Below, piece after piece: positions 28,498 to 39,758 of a stretch of DNA of 40,052 bases; positions within the stretch are counted from its first letter, which is position 1, and every line of letters starts with the position of its first letter. The DNA comes from a virus (lineage: Duplodnaviria; Heunggongvirae; Uroviricota; Caudoviricetes). The notes under the pieces are model-generated. The model saw only the letters and a program-made list of their open reading frames with translations, was not told the DNA's origin and searched no databases. A program made the position numbers and the translations under genes. The stretch is from the IMG/VR virus record IMGVR_UViG_2541047786_000001, one strand, 5' to 3'.

Positions 28498-28913
28498 GTT
28501 TTGCCCTGAAACTGGCGCGAGAGATGGGGCGACCTGACTGGCGCGCCATGCTTGCCGGGATGTCATCCACGGAGTATGCCGACTGGCACCGCTTTTACAG
28601 TACCCATTATTTTCATGATGTTCTGCTGGATATGCACTTTTCCGGGCTGACGTACACTGTGCTCAGCCTGTTTTTCAGCGATCCGGATATGCATCCGCTG
28701 GATTTCAGTTTGCTGAACCGGCGTGAGGATGACGAAGAGCCTGAAGATGATGTGCTGATGCAGAAAGCGGCAGGGCTTACCGGAGGCGTCCGCTTTGACC
28801 CGGACGGAAATGAAGTTATCCCCGCTTCCCCGGATATGGCGGGCATGACGGAGGATGACGTAATGCTGATGACAGTATCAGAAGGGATCGCAGGAGGAGT
28901 CCGGTATGGCTGA
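28075..28913 (+). CDS. T: Tail assembly chaperone G-T fusion produced by -1 programmed frameshift at GGGAAAG (28473-28479)
   Basis: Slippery heptamer G GGA AAG near the end of G. The -1 frame is open from there to 28913 (…FDGELSFALKLAREMGRPDW…), the conserved G-T arrangement. Confidence 0.8.
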
Positions 28914-31467
28914 ACCGGTAGGCGATCTGGTCGTTGATTTAAGTCTGGATGCGGCCAGATTTGACGAGCAGATGGCCAGAGTCAGGCGTCATTTTTCCGG
29001 TACGGAAAGTGATGCGAAAAAAACAGCGGCAGTCGTTGAACAGTCGCTGAGCCGACAGGCGCTGGCTGCACAGAAAGCGGGGATTTCCGTCGGGCAGTAT
29101 AAAGCCGCCATGCGTATGCTGCCTGCACAGTTCACCGACGTGGCCACGCAGCTTGCAGGCGGGCAAAGCCCGTGGCTGATCCTGCTGCAACAGGGTGGTC
29201 AGGTTAAGGACTCCTTCGGCGGGATGATCCCCATGTTCCGGGGGCTTGCCGGTGCGATCACCCTGCCGATGGTCGGGGCCACCTCGCTGGCGGTGGCGAC
29301 CGGTGCGCTGGCGTATGCCTGGTATCAGGGTAACTCAACCCTGTCCGATTTCAACAAAACGCTGGTCCTTTCCGGCAATCAGTCGGGTCTGACGGCAGAT
29401 CGTATGCTGGTCCTGTCCAGAGCCGGGCAGGCGGCAGGGCTGACGTTTAACCAGACCAGCGAGTCACTCAGCGCACTGGTTAAGGCGGGAGTAAGCGGTG
29501 AGGCTCAGATTGCATCCATCAGCCAGAGTGTGGCGCGTTTCTCCTCTGCATCCGGCGTGGAGGTGGACAAGGTCGCTGAAGCCTTCGGGAAGCTGACCAC
29601 TGACCCGACGTCGGGGCTGACGGCGATGGCGCGCCAGTTCCATAACGTAACGGCGGAGCAGATTGCGTATGTTGCTCAGTTGCAGCGTTCCGGCGATGAA
29701 TCCGGGGCATTGCAGGCGGCGAACGAGGCCGCAACGAAAGGGTTTGATGACCAGACCCGACGCCTGAAAGAGAACATGGGCACGCTGGAAACCTGGGCAG
29801 ACAGGACAGCACGGGCATTCAAATCCATGTGGGATGCGGTGCTGGATATTGGTCGTCCTGATACCGCTCAGGAGATGCTGATTAAGGCAGAGGCTGCGTT
29901 TAAGAAAGCGGACGACATCTGGAATCTGCGCAAGGATGATTATTTTGTTAACGATGAAGCGCGGGCGCGTTACTGGGATGATCGTGAAAAGGCCCGTCTT
30001 GCGCTTGAAGCCGCCCGAAAGAAGGCTGAACAGCAGAGTCAACAGGACAAAAATGCGCAGCAGCAGAGCGATACCGAAGCATCACGGCTGAAATATACCG
30101 AAGAGGCGCAGAAGGCTTACGAACGGCTGCAGACACCGCTGGAGAAATATACCGCCCGTCAGGAAGAACTGAACAAGGCACTGAAAGACGGGAAAATCCT
30201 GCAGGCAGATTACAACACGCTGATGGCGGCGGCGAAAAAGGATTATGAAGCGACGCTGAAAAAGCCGAAACAGTCCGGCGTGAAGGTGTCTGCGGGCGAT
30301 CGTCAGGAAGACAGTGCTCATGCTGCCCTGCTGACGCTTCAGGCTGAACTCCGGACGCTGGAGAAGCATGCCGGAGCAAATGAGAAAATCAGCCAGCAGC
30401 GCCGGGATTTGTGGAAGGCGGAGAGTCAGTTCGCGGTACTGGAGGAGGCGGCGCAACGTCGCCAGCTGTCTGCACAGGAGAAATCCCTGCTGGCGCATAA
30501 AGATGAGACGCTGGAGTACAAACGCCAGCTGGCTGCACTTGGCGACAAGGTTACGTATCAGGAGCGCCTGAACGCGCTGGCGCAGCAGGCGGATAAATTC
30601 GCACAGCAGCAACGGGCAAAACGGGCCGCTATTGATGCGAAAAGCCGGGGGCTGACTGACCGGCAGGCAGAACGGGAAGCCACGGAACAGCGCCTGAAGG
30701 AACAGTATGGCGATAATCCTCTGGCGCTGAATAACGTCATGTCAGAGCAGAAAAAGACCTGGGCGGCTGAAGACCTGCTTCGCGGGAACTGGATGGCAGG
30801 CCTGAAGTCCGGCTGGAGTGAGTGGGAAGAGAGTGCCACGGACAGTATGTCGCAGGTTAAAAGTGCTGCCACGCAGACCTTTGATGGTATTGCGCAGAAT
30901 ATGGCGGCGATGCTGACCGGCAGTGAACAGAACTGGCGCAGCTTCACCCGTTCCGTGCTGTCCATGATGACAGAAATTCTGCTTAAGCAGGCAATGGTGG
31001 GGATTGTCGGGAGTATCGGCAGCGCTATTGGCGGGGCTGTTGGTGGCGGCGCATCCGCGTCAGGCGGTACAGCCATTCAGGCCGCTGCGGCGAAACTCCA
31101 TTTTGCAACCGGAGGATTTACGGGAACCGGCGGCAAATATGAGCCAGCGGGGATTGTTCACCGTGGTGAATTTGTCTTCACGAAGGAGGCAACCAGCCGG
31201 ATTGGCGTGGGAAATCTCTACCGGCTGATGCGCGGCTATGCCACCGGCGGTTATGTCGGTGGCACCGGAAGTCCGGCGCAAATGCGGCGTTCAGAGGGTA
31301 TCAGGTTTGAGCAGAACAACAACGTGGTGATTCAGAACGACGGTACGAATGGTCTGCCAGGTCCACAGATGATGAAGGCGGTGTATGACATGGCCCGCAA
31401 GGGTGCCCGTGATGAAATCCAGGCACAGATGCGCGATGGTGGTCTGTTCTCCGGAGGTGGACGATGA
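28906..31467 (+). CDS. H: Tail tape measure protein H
   Basis: 853 aa, the same length as lambda gpH and collinear with it. Long coiled-coil region. Confidence 0.95.
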   Translation: MAEPVGDLVVDLSLDAARFDEQMARVRRHFSGTESDAKKTAAVVEQSLSRQALAAQKAGISVGQYKAAMRMLPAQFTDVATQLAGGQSPWLILLQQGGQVKDSFGGMIPMFRGLAGAITLPMVGATSLAVATGALAYAWYQGNSTLSDFNKTLVLSGNQSGLTADRMLVLSRAGQAAGLTFNQTSESLSALVKAGVSGEAQIASISQSVARFSSASGVEVDKVAEAFGKLTTDPTSGLTAMARQFHNVTAEQIAYVAQLQRSGDESGALQAANEAATKGFDDQTRRLKENMGTLETWADRTARAFKSMWDAVLDIGRPDTAQEMLIKAEAAFKKADDIWNLRKDDYFVNDEARARYWDDREKARLALEAARKKAEQQSQQDKNAQQQSDTEASRLKYTEEAQKAYERLQTPLEKYTARQEELNKALKDGKILQADYNTLMAAAKKDYEATLKKPKQSGVKVSAGDRQEDSAHAALLTLQAELRTLEKHAGANEKISQQRRDLWKAESQFAVLEEAAQRRQLSAQEKSLLAHKDETLEYKRQLAALGDKVTYQERLNALAQQADKFAQQQRAKRAAIDAKSRGLTDRQAEREATEQRLKEQYGDNPLALNNVMSEQKKTWAAEDLLRGNWMAGLKSGWSEWEESATDSMSQVKSAATQTFDGIAQNMAAMLTGSEQNWRSFTRSVLSMMTEILLKQAMVGIVGSIGSAIGGAVGGGASASGGTAIQAAAAKLHFATGGFTGTGGKYEPAGIVHRGEFVFTKEATSRIGVGNLYRLMRGYATGGYVGGTGSPAQMRRSEGIRFEQNNNVVIQNDGTNGLPGPQMMKAVYDMARKGARDEIQAQMRDGGLFSGGGR

Positions 31468-31793
31468 AAACCTTCCGCTGGAAAGTGAAACCCGGGATGG
31501 ATGTGACATCGGCTCCTTCCGTCAGGGAGGTGCGCTTTGGTGATGGCTATTCCCAGCGTGCGCCTGCCGGGCTGAACGCTGACCTGAAAACGTACAGCGT
31601 GACGCTGTCTGTCTCCCGTGAGGAGGCCACGGCGCTGGAGTCGTTTCTGGCTGAGCACGGGGGCTGGAAGGCCTTTCTGTGGACGCCGCCTTATGGTTAC
31701 AGGCAGATAAAGGTGACCTGCGCAAAATGGTCGTCGCGGGTCAGTATGCTGCGTGTTGAGTTCAGCGCAGAGTTTGAACAGGTGGTGAACTGA
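31464..31793 (+). CDS. M: Minor tail protein M
   Basis: 109 aa, collinear with lambda gpM. Confidence 0.95.
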   Translation: MKTFRWKVKPGMDVTSAPSVREVRFGDGYSQRAPAGLNADLKTYSVTLSVSREEATALESFLAEHGGWKAFLWTPPYGYRQIKVTCAKWSSRVSMLRVEFSAEFEQVVN

Positions 31794-32491
31794 TGCAGGA
31801 TATCCGGCAGGAAACATTGAATGAATGCACCCGTGCGGAGCAGTCGGCCAGCGTGGTGCTCTGGGAAATCGATCTGACAGAGGTCGGTGGAGAACGTTAT
31901 TTTTTCTGTAATGAGCAGAACGAAAAAGGTGAGCCGGTCACCTGGCAGGGGCGACAGTATCAGCCGTATCCCATTCAGGGGAGTAGTTTTGAACTGAATG
32001 GCAAAGGCACCAGTACGCGCCCCACGCTGACGGTTTCTAACCTGTACGGTATGGTCACCGGGATGGTGGAAGATCTGCAGAGTCTGGTCGGCGGAACGGT
32101 GGTCAGGCGTAAGGTTTACGCCCGTTTTCTGGATGCGGTGAACTTCGTCAACGGAAACAGCGACGCCGATCCGGAGCAGGAGGTGATCAGCCGCTGGCGC
32201 ATCGAGCAGTGCAGCGAACTGAGTGCGGTCAGTGCCTCCTTTGTACTGTCCACACCGACGGAAACGGATGGTGCCGTTTTTCCGGGGCGCATCATGCTGG
32301 CTAATACCTGCACCTGGACCTATCGCGGTGATGAGTGCGGTTATCACGGTCCGGCGGTCGCGGATGAATATGATCAGCCGACTTCCGATATCACGAAGGA
32401 TAAATGCAGCAAATGCCTGAGCGGCTGTAAGTTTCGCAATAACGTCGGCAACTTTGGCGGCTTCCTTTCCATTAACAAACTTTCGCAGTAA
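31793..32491 (+). CDS. L: Minor tail protein L
   Basis: 232 aa, collinear with lambda gpL, including the C-terminal Cys cluster. Confidence 0.95.
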   Translation: MQDIRQETLNECTRAEQSASVVLWEIDLTEVGGERYFFCNEQNEKGEPVTWQGRQYQPYPIQGSSFELNGKGTSTRPTLTVSNLYGMVTGMVEDLQSLVGGTVVRRKVYARFLDAVNFVNGNSDADPEQEVISRWRIEQCSELSAVSASFVLSTPTETDGAVFPGRIMLANTCTWTYRGDECGYHGPAVADEYDQPTSDITKDKCSKCLSGCKFRNNVGNFGGFLSINKLSQ

Positions 32492-32496
32492 ATCCC

Positions 32497-33240
32497 ATGA
32501 CAGAGACAGAATCAGCGATTCTGGCGCATGCCCGGCGATGTGCGCCAGCGGAGTCGTGCGGCTTCGTGGTGAGAGCGCCGGAGGGGGAAAGATATTTTCC
32601 CTGCGTGAATATCTCCGGTGAGCCGGAGGCGTATTTCCGGATGGCTCCGGAGGACTGGCTGCAGGCAGAGATGCAGGGTGAGATTGTGGCGCTGGTCCAC
32701 AGTCATCCCGGTGGTCTGCCCTGGCTGAGTGAGGCCGACCGGCGGCTGCAGGTGCAGAGTGATTTGCCGTGGTGGCTGGTCTGCCGGGGGGCGATTCATA
32801 AGTTCCGCTGTGTGCCGCATCTCACCGGGCGGCGCTTTGAGCACGGGGTGACGGACTGTTACACGCTGTTCCGGGACGCTTACCATCTGGCGGGGATTGA
32901 GATGCCGGACTTTCATCGTGAGGATGACTGGTGGCGTAACGGCCAGAATCTCTATCTTGATAATCTGGAGGCCACAGGGCTGTATCAGGTGCCGTTGTCA
33001 GCGGCGCAGCCGGGCGATGTGCTGCTGTGCTGCTTTGGTTCATCGGTGCCGAATCATGCCGCTATTTACTGTGGTGACGGCGAGCTGCTGCACCATATTC
33101 CTGAACAACTGAGTAAACGAGAGAGGTATACCGACAAATGGCAGCGACGCACACACTCCCTCTGGCGTCACCGGGCATGGCGCGCATCTGCCTTTACGGG
33201 GATTTACAACGATTTGGCCGCCGCATCGACCTTCGTGTGA
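32497..33240 (+). CDS. K: Tail assembly protein K (JAB/MPN plus NlpC/P60-like domains)
   Basis: 247 aa with the HSHPGG metalloprotease-like motif and the Cys/His triad region. Collinear with lambda gpK. Confidence 0.9.
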   Translation: MTETESAILAHARRCAPAESCGFVVRAPEGERYFPCVNISGEPEAYFRMAPEDWLQAEMQGEIVALVHSHPGGLPWLSEADRRLQVQSDLPWWLVCRGAIHKFRCVPHLTGRRFEHGVTDCYTLFRDAYHLAGIEMPDFHREDDWWRNGQNLYLDNLEATGLYQVPLSAAQPGDVLLCCFGSSVPNHAAIYCGDGELLHHIPEQLSKRERYTDKWQRRTHSLWRHRAWRASAFTGIYNDLAAASTFV

Positions 33241-33809
33241 AAACGGGGGCTGAAGCCATCCGCGCACTGGCCACACAGCTCCCGGTGTTTCGTCAGAAAC
33301 TGAGCGACGGCTGGTATCAGGTACGGATTGCCGGGCGGGACGTCAGCACGTCCGGGTTAACGGCGCAGTTACATGAGACTCTGCCTGATGGCGCTGTGAT
33401 TCATATTGTTCCCAGAGTCGCCGGGGCCAAGTCAGGTGGCGTATTCCAGATTGTCCTGGGGGCTGCCGCCATTGCCGGATCATTCTTTACCGCCGGAGCC
33501 ACCCTTGCAGCATGGGGGGCAGCCATTGGGGCCGGTGGTATGACCGGCATCCTGTTTTCTCTCGGTGCCAGTATGGTGCTCGGTGGTGTGGCGCAGATGC
33601 TGGCACCGAAAGCCAGAACTCCCCGTACACAGACAACGGATAACGGCAAACAGAACACCTATTTCTCCTCACTGGATAACATGGTTGCCCAGGGCAATGT
33701 TCTGCCGGTTCTGTACGGTGAAATGCGCGTGGGGTCACGCGTGGTTTCTCAGGAGATCAGCACGGCAGACGAAGGGGATGGTGGTCAGGTTGTGGTGATT
33801 GGTCGCTGA
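33138..33809 (+). CDS. I: Tail assembly protein I
   Basis: 223 aa overlapping the 3-prime end of K in another frame, as in lambda. Collinear with lambda gpI. Confidence 0.9.
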   Translation: MAATHTLPLASPGMARICLYGDLQRFGRRIDLRVKTGAEAIRALATQLPVFRQKLSDGWYQVRIAGRDVSTSGLTAQLHETLPDGAVIHIVPRVAGAKSGGVFQIVLGAAAIAGSFFTAGATLAAWGAAIGAGGMTGILFSLGASMVLGGVAQMLAPKARTPRTQTTDNGKQNTYFSSLDNMVAQGNVLPVLYGEMRVGSRVVSQEISTADEGDGGQVVVIGR

Positions 33810-33869
33810 TGCAAAATGTTTTATGTGAAACCGCCTCCGGGCGGTTTTATCGTTTATGGAGCATGAGGA

Positions 33870-36800
33870 ATGGGTAAAGGCAGCAGTAAGGGGCATACCC
33901 CGCGCGAAGCGAAGGACAACCTGAAATCATCCCAGATGCTGAGCGTGATAGACGCCATCAGCGAAGGGCCGGTTGAAGGTCCGGTGGATGGATTAAAAAG
34001 CGTGCTGCTGAACAGTACGCCGGTGCTGGACAGTGAGGGGAATACCAATATATTCGGCGTCACGGTGGTGTTCCGGGCCGGTGAGCAGGAGCAGACACCG
34101 CCGGAGGGATTTGAATCCTCCGGCTCCGAGACGGTGCTCGGTACAGAAGTGAAATATGACACGCCGATCACCCGGACCATCACGTCGGCAAACATTGACC
34201 GTCTGCGTTTTACTTTCGGCGTGCAGGCACTGGTGGAAACCACCTCAAAGGGGGACAGGAATCCATCGGAAGTCCGCCTGCTGGTTCAGATTCAACGTAA
34301 CGGTGGCTGGGTGACGGAAAAAGACATCACCATTAAGGGCAAAACCACGTCGCAGTATCTGGCCTCGGTGGTGGTGGATAACCTGCCGCCGCGCCCGTTT
34401 AATATCCGGATGCGCAGGATGACGCCGGACAGCACCACAGACCAGTTGCAGAACAAAACGCTCTGGTCGTCATACACCGAAATCATCGATGTGAAACAGT
34501 GCTACCCGAACACGGCACTGGTCGGCGTACAGGTGGACTCGGAGCAGTTCGGCAGCCAGCAGGTGAGCCGTAATTATCATCTTCGCGGGCGCATTCTGCA
34601 GGTGCCGTCGAACTATAACCCGCAGACGCGGCAATACAGCGGTATCTGGGACGGAACGTTTAAGCCAGCATACAGCAACAACATGGCCTGGTGTCTGTGG
34701 GATATGCTGACCCATCCGCGCTACGGCATGGGGAAACGTCTTGGTGCGGCAGATGTGGATAAATGGGCGCTGTATGTCATCGGCCAGAATTGCGACCAGT
34801 CAGTGCCGGACGGCTTTGGCGGCACGGAGCCGCGCATCACCTGTAATGCGTACCTGACCACACAGCGCAAGGCGTGGGATGTGCTCAGTGATTTTTGCTC
34901 GGCGATGCGCTGTATGCCGGTATGGAACGGGCAGACGCTGACATTCGTGCAGGACCGACCGTCGGATAAGGTGTGGACCTATAACCGCAGTAATGTGGTG
35001 ATGCCGGATGATGGCGCGCCGTTCCGCTACAGCTTCAGCGCCCTGAAAGACCGCCATAATGCCGTTGAGGTGAACTGGATTGACCCGGATAACGGCTGGG
35101 AGACGGCGACAGAGCTTGTGGAGGACACGCAGGCCATTGCCCGTTACGGTCGTAACGTCACGAAGATGGATGCCTTTGGCTGTACCAGCCGGGGGCAGGC
35201 ACACCGCGCCGGGCTGTGGCTGATTAAAACGGAGCTGCTGGAAACGCAGACCGTGGACTTCAGCGTGGGTGCAGAAGGGCTTCGCCATGTACCGGGCGAT
35301 GTCATTGAAATCTGTGATGATGACTATGCGGGGATCAGCATCGGCGGGCGCGTGCTGGCGGTGAACAACCAGACGCGGACACTGACGCTCGACCGTGAAA
35401 TCACGCTGCCATCCTCCGGCACCACGCTGATAAGCCTGGCTGACGGACAGGGGAATCCGGTCAGCGTGGAGGTCCAGTCCGTCACCGACGGCGTGAAGGT
35501 AAAAGTGAGCCGTGTTCCTGACGGCGTTGCAGAATACAGCGTGTGGGGGCTGAAGTTGCCAACGTTGCGCCAGCGCCTGTTCCGCTGTGTGAGTATCCGT
35601 GAGAACGATGACGGCACGTATGCCATCACTGCCGTGCAGCATGTACCGGAAAAAGAGGCCATCGTGGATAACGGGGCGCACTTTGACGGCGACCAGAGCG
35701 GCACGGTGAATGGTGTCACGCCGCCAGCGGTGCAGCACCTGACTGCCGAAGTCACCGCAGACAGCGGGGAATATCAGGTGCTGGCGCGCTGGGACACGCC
35801 GAAGGTGGTGAAGGGGGTGAGCTTTATGCTTCGCCTGACCGTGGCAGCGGATGACGGCAGTGAGCGGCTGGTCAGCACGGCCCGGACGACGGAAACCACA
35901 TACCGCTTCAGGCAACTGGCGCTGGGGAACTACAGGCTGACAGTCCGGGCGGTAAATGCGTGGGGGCAGCAGGGCGATCCGGCATCGGTATCGTTCCGGA
36001 TTGCCGCACCGGCAGCGCCGTCGCAGATTGAGCTGACACCGGGGTATTTTCAGATAACCGCCACGCCGCATCTTGCGGTTTATGATCCGACGGTACAGTT
36101 TGAGTTCTGGTTCTCGGAAAAGCGGATTGCGGATATCAGGCAGGTTGAAACCACAGCACGCTATCTTGGCACGGCGCTGTACTGGATAGCCGCCAGTATC
36201 AATATCAAACCGGGCCATGATTATTATTTTTACATCCGCAGTGTGAACACCGTTGGCAAATCGGCATTTGTGGAGGCTGTTGGCCAGCCGAGTGATGATG
36301 CATCCGGCTATCTGAATTTTTTCAAAGGAGAGATAGGGAAAACCCATCTGGCTCAGGAGTTGTGGACGCAGATTGATAACGGTCAGCTTGCGCCTGACCT
36401 GGCTGAAATCAGGACGTCCATTACGGGTGTCAGCAATGAAATCACGCAGACCGTCAATAAGAAACTGGAAGACCAGAGTGCAGCGATCCAGCAGATACAG
36501 AAGGTTCAGGTTGATACAAATAATAACCTGAACAGCATGTGGGCTGTGAAGCTGCAGCAGATGCAGGACGGACGCCTTTATATCGCGGGTATTGGTGCCG
36601 GTGTTGAGAATACTCCTGACGGTATGCAGAGTCAGGTGCTGCTGGCGGCGGACAGGATTGCGATGATTAATCCTGCGAATGGCAACACAAAGCCGATGTT
36701 TGTTGGGCAGGGCGATCAGATATTCATGAACGAAGTGTTCCTGAAATATCTGACGGCTCCCACCATTACCAGCGGTGGCAATCCCCCAACGTTTTCACTG

Positions 36801-37352
36801 ACACCTGATGGTCGACTTTCTGCGAAAAATGCGGATATCAGCGGTAACGTGAACGCGAACTCCGGGACGCTCAACAACGTCACGATTAATCAGAACTGTC
36901 GGATTCTGGGAAAACTGTCAGCTAACCAGATTGAAGGTGATATTGTCAAAACGGTGGGAAAAGCCTTTCCGAGAAATGGCAGTTATGCCAGCGGTACAAT
37001 AACGGTCACTGTGTACGATGACCAGGCTTTTGACCGTCAGATAGTAGTCCCCCCCGTTCTGTTTCGTGGGGGTAAGCATGAAAACTTCAACAGCAACAAC
37101 CAACAGTCATACTGGTATTCAACCTGTAAGCTGCAGGTACTGAAGAACGGACAGGAAATCTTTCAGCAACCCGCGACGGATGTCAGCAGGGTATTTTCAT
37201 CAGTCATTGATATGCCTGCCGGACACGGCCATGTCACCCTGACTTTCAATGTTTCTTCATATGGTGCTAATAACTGGACGCCAACGACCAGTATCAGCGA
37301 CCTTCTTGTTGTTGTGATGAAGAAATCTACAGCCGGTATCAGTATCAGTTGA
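33870..37352 (+). CDS. J: Tail tip / host specificity protein J (central tail fibre)
   Basis: 1160 aa, collinear with lambda gpJ through the conserved N-terminal and fibronectin-like regions. The C-terminal receptor-binding part was not checked for identity to lambda J. Confidence 0.95.
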   Translation: MGKGSSKGHTPREAKDNLKSSQMLSVIDAISEGPVEGPVDGLKSVLLNSTPVLDSEGNTNIFGVTVVFRAGEQEQTPPEGFESSGSETVLGTEVKYDTPITRTITSANIDRLRFTFGVQALVETTSKGDRNPSEVRLLVQIQRNGGWVTEKDITIKGKTTSQYLASVVVDNLPPRPFNIRMRRMTPDSTTDQLQNKTLWSSYTEIIDVKQCYPNTALVGVQVDSEQFGSQQVSRNYHLRGRILQVPSNYNPQTRQYSGIWDGTFKPAYSNNMAWCLWDMLTHPRYGMGKRLGAADVDKWALYVIGQNCDQSVPDGFGGTEPRITCNAYLTTQRKAWDVLSDFCSAMRCMPVWNGQTLTFVQDRPSDKVWTYNRSNVVMPDDGAPFRYSFSALKDRHNAVEVNWIDPDNGWETATELVEDTQAIARYGRNVTKMDAFGCTSRGQAHRAGLWLIKTELLETQTVDFSVGAEGLRHVPGDVIEICDDDYAGISIGGRVLAVNNQTRTLTLDREITLPSSGTTLISLADGQGNPVSVEVQSVTDGVKVKVSRVPDGVAEYSVWGLKLPTLRQRLFRCVSIRENDDGTYAITAVQHVPEKEAIVDNGAHFDGDQSGTVNGVTPPAVQHLTAEVTADSGEYQVLARWDTPKVVKGVSFMLRLTVAADDGSERLVSTARTTETTYRFRQLALGNYRLTVRAVNAWGQQGDPASVSFRIAAPAAPSQIELTPGYFQITATPHLAVYDPTVQFEFWFSEKRIADIRQVETTARYLGTALYWIAASINIKPGHDYYFYIRSVNTVGKSAFVEAVGQPSDDASGYLNFFKGEIGKTHLAQELWTQIDNGQLAPDLAEIRTSITGVSNEITQTVNKKLEDQSAAIQQIQKVQVDTNNNLNSMWAVKLQQMQDGRLYIAGIGAGVENTPDGMQSQVLLAADRIAMINPANGNTKPMFVGQGDQIFMNEVFLKYLTAPTITSGGNPPTFSLTPDGRLSAKNADISGNVNANSGTLNNVTINQNCRILGKLSANQIEGDIVKTVGKAFPRNGSYASGTITVTVYDDQAFDRQIVVPPVLFRGGKHENFNSNNQQSYWYSTCKLQVLKNGQEIFQQPATDVSRVFSSVIDMPAGHGHVTLTFNVSSYGANNWTPTTSISDLLVVVMKKSTAGISIS

Positions 37353-37371
37353 ATTTTATAACCCAGATACG

Positions 37372-37396
37372 GGCGCCAGAAATGGCGCCTTTTTTA
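37372..37396 (+). terminator. Rho-independent terminator after J
   Basis: GGCGCC-agaaat-GGCGCC followed by TTTTTTATTT. Confidence 0.5.
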
Positions 37397-37410
37397 TTTG
37401 TGGAGTGAAT

Positions 37411-39471
37411 ATGGCAGTACAGATTTCAGGCGTGCTGAAAGACGGTGCAGGAAAACCGATACAGAACTGCACCATTCAGCTCAAAGCAAAACGTAACAGC
37501 ACCACGGTTGTGGTGAACACGGTGGCCTCAGAAAATCCGGATGAAGCCGGACGTTACAGCATGGATGTCGAGTATGGCCAGTACAGCGTTATCCTGCTGG
37601 TTGAAGGTTTTCCGCCTTCACATGCCGGGGCCATCACCGTGTATGAGGATTCTAAGCCGGGGACATTGAATGATTTTCTGGGCGCTGCAACAGAAGATGA
37701 TGTTCGTCCGGAGGCACTGTATCGTTTTGAAAAGATGGTGGAAGAGGTGGCACGCAACGCTGAAGCCGCCTCTCAGAGCGCAGCGGCAGCAAAGAAATCA
37801 GAAACAGCAGCGGCATCGTCCAGGAATGCGGCGAAAACATCAGAGACGAATGCAGGTAACAGCGCGAAAGCGGCAGCTTCTTCAAAAACAGCCGCACAAA
37901 ACGCAGCAACAGCGGCAGAACGTTCAGAGACAAATGCCCGTGCGTCAGAAGAAGCCTCCGCAGACAGTGAAGAGGCTTCCCGCCGTAATGCAGAGTCAGC
38001 CGCTGAAAATGCCGGAGTCGCCACCACAAAAGCGCGGGAGGCCGCAGCAGACGCAACAAAGGCCGGGCAGAAAAAGGATGAGGCTCTGTCGGCAGCGACA
38101 CGGGCTGAAAAGGCGGCAGACCGCGCAGAAGTCGCAGCGGAAGTGACTGCAGAGCCCTATGCGAATATAGTGCCGCCGCTGCCTGATGTGTGGATACCGT
38201 TTAACGATTCACTGGATATGATTGCGGGTTTTTCTCCGGGCTATAAAAAAATAGCTATTGGTGACGATGTGGTTCAGGTCGCCAGTGATAAACAGGTTAA
38301 TTTCAGTCGCGCATCAACGGCAACATATATCAACAAATCTGGCGAACTGAAAACGGCGGAAATTAATGAGCCGCGATTTGAGTGTGATGGCCTGCTTATT
38401 GAGGGACAAAGAACGAACTACATGCTCAATTCGGAAAGTCCAGCCAGCTGGGGGAAGTCATCAAACATGGATGTGCCCGAAACCGGGACAGATAGTTTTG
38501 GTTTTACTTATGGAAAGTTTGTCTGCAACGATTCTCTGGTTGGGCAAACTTCGGCTATTAATATGGCATCAATTGCTGCAACAAAGTCAGTTGATGTCTC
38601 AGGCGATAACAAGTACGTGACAACCTCATGCCGTTTTAAAACAGAACGACAGGTAAGGTTACGTATACGGTTTGATAAGTATGATGGTAGTGCAACAACT
38701 TTTCTTGGCGATGCGTACATTGATACGCAAACGCTTGAAATTAATATGACAGGTGGGGCTGCCGGCAGAATTACGGCACGAGTCAGGAAGGATAAGACCA
38801 CAGGCTGGATTTTTGCAGAGGCAACGATTCAGGCAATTGATGGTGAGTTAAAAATAGGCTCTCAGATACAGTATTCTCCTGAGCGGGGTGGGGCAACAGT
38901 ATCTGGTGACTATATTTATCTTGCCACCCCACAAGTAGAGAATGGGCCGTGTGTATCATCATTTATTATTTCAGGAGGCAGCGCAACGACAAGAGCCAGT
39001 GATTTGGTTAGTATCCCCACCAGAAATAATCTTTATAAGTTACCATTTACTTTTTTACTTGAGATTCATAAAAACTGGGATATTGCACCAAACGCCGCAC
39101 CCCGCGTGTGGGATATAGCAGCAGCCAATACCGGGCAATCAGCAATTGCAGCAATCAACAGAGGTAGTGGTAAGTTATATATGAGTCTGTCAAACCCTTC
39201 AGGCTTGTATGTTAATAGCGCAGCGACAGATGTATTTGCAGAGAAAACCACATTTGGATGTATTGCAAAAGCTGATGGTCACTTTCATGTGGTGACAAAT
39301 GGTAAAGCGGTTAATGAAGTTTATTGTGAATATAATGGTGTGACCGCTGATAAAAATATCCGATTTGGAGGGCAGACGAATACTGGAGAACGACATCTGT
39401 TTGGCCATATTCGCAATTTCCGCATATGGCATAAAGAATTAAATGACAGGCAATTAAAAGAGGTCGTATGA
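37411..39471 (+). CDS. stf: Side tail fibre protein (lambda Stf-like N-terminus, Ala/Ser-rich coiled region, distinct C-terminal domain)
   Basis: Start MAVQISGVLKDGAGKPIQNCTIQLKAKRNSTTVVVNT… matches the lambda Stf N-terminus, with GGAG 5 nt upstream. The C-terminal ~300 aa (…FGHIRNFRIWHKELNDRQLKEV) is unlike lambda Stf and may be a lectin/jelly-roll-like fold. Confidence 0.85.
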   Translation: MAVQISGVLKDGAGKPIQNCTIQLKAKRNSTTVVVNTVASENPDEAGRYSMDVEYGQYSVILLVEGFPPSHAGAITVYEDSKPGTLNDFLGAATEDDVRPEALYRFEKMVEEVARNAEAASQSAAAAKKSETAAASSRNAAKTSETNAGNSAKAAASSKTAAQNAATAAERSETNARASEEASADSEEASRRNAESAAENAGVATTKAREAAADATKAGQKKDEALSAATRAEKAADRAEVAAEVTAEPYANIVPPLPDVWIPFNDSLDMIAGFSPGYKKIAIGDDVVQVASDKQVNFSRASTATYINKSGELKTAEINEPRFECDGLLIEGQRTNYMLNSESPASWGKSSNMDVPETGTDSFGFTYGKFVCNDSLVGQTSAINMASIAATKSVDVSGDNKYVTTSCRFKTERQVRLRIRFDKYDGSATTFLGDAYIDTQTLEINMTGGAAGRITARVRKDKTTGWIFAEATIQAIDGELKIGSQIQYSPERGGATVSGDYIYLATPQVENGPCVSSFIISGGSATTRASDLVSIPTRNNLYKLPFTFLLEIHKNWDIAPNAAPRVWDIAAANTGQSAIAAINRGSGKLYMSLSNPSGLYVNSAATDVFAEKTTFGCIAKADGHFHVVTNGKAVNEVYCEYNGVTADKNIRFGGQTNTGERHLFGHIRNFRIWHKELNDRQLKEVV

Positions 39472-39746
39472 AAGATTTAACTTTGAAGTTTCATGACAAA
39501 CTGCAGTTTAAGGCCTTCCTGTCATCTCTTGACTGGGAGGAGGATGAAGACCTCCAGAATAAACTGTTAGTCGATGAAATTGGTTTCACCTACACAGAAA
39601 CAGGGGTAACAGAAGAGGGAGAACCTGTCTGTGTCCGGAATGACGGTTATTTTGTCAACATTCGCATTCTTGATGACTTGTTTGATGTTTCTGTATTCTC
39701 TGATTATGTCGTGGAGCTGGAAACACCGCTTCGGGAATGGAGCTGA
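39468..39746 (+). CDS. Hypothetical acidic protein, translationally coupled to stf (candidate fibre chaperone/accessory)
   Basis: 92-aa ORF whose ATG overlaps the stf stop (ATGA). Acidic (DWEEDEDLQ…). Not Tfa-like. Confidence 0.5.
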   Translation: MKDLTLKFHDKLQFKAFLSSLDWEEDEDLQNKLLVDEIGFTYTETGVTEEGEPVCVRNDGYFVNIRILDDLFDVSVFSDYVVELETPLREWS

Positions 39747-39758
39747 AAGGAGGAAATA

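Noticed and set aside
34800-36347. 515-aa ORF on the minus strand inside J
   Set aside because: Antisense to a highly conserved structural gene. Its translation is Arg/Cys/His-rich and low-complexity, typical of a spurious open frame in GC-rich DNA. No ribosome-binding-site context.
37700-38150. Repetitive Ala/Ser/Glu-rich segment that might look like a tandem repeat or array, with overlapping ORFs 37670-38146 (+) and 37652-38101 (-)
   Set aside because: It is the low-complexity coiled region of the tail fibre coding sequence, in frame with the stf ORF. There is no repeat-spacer periodicity. The overlapping ORFs are frame artefacts rich in Arg/Gln/Leu.
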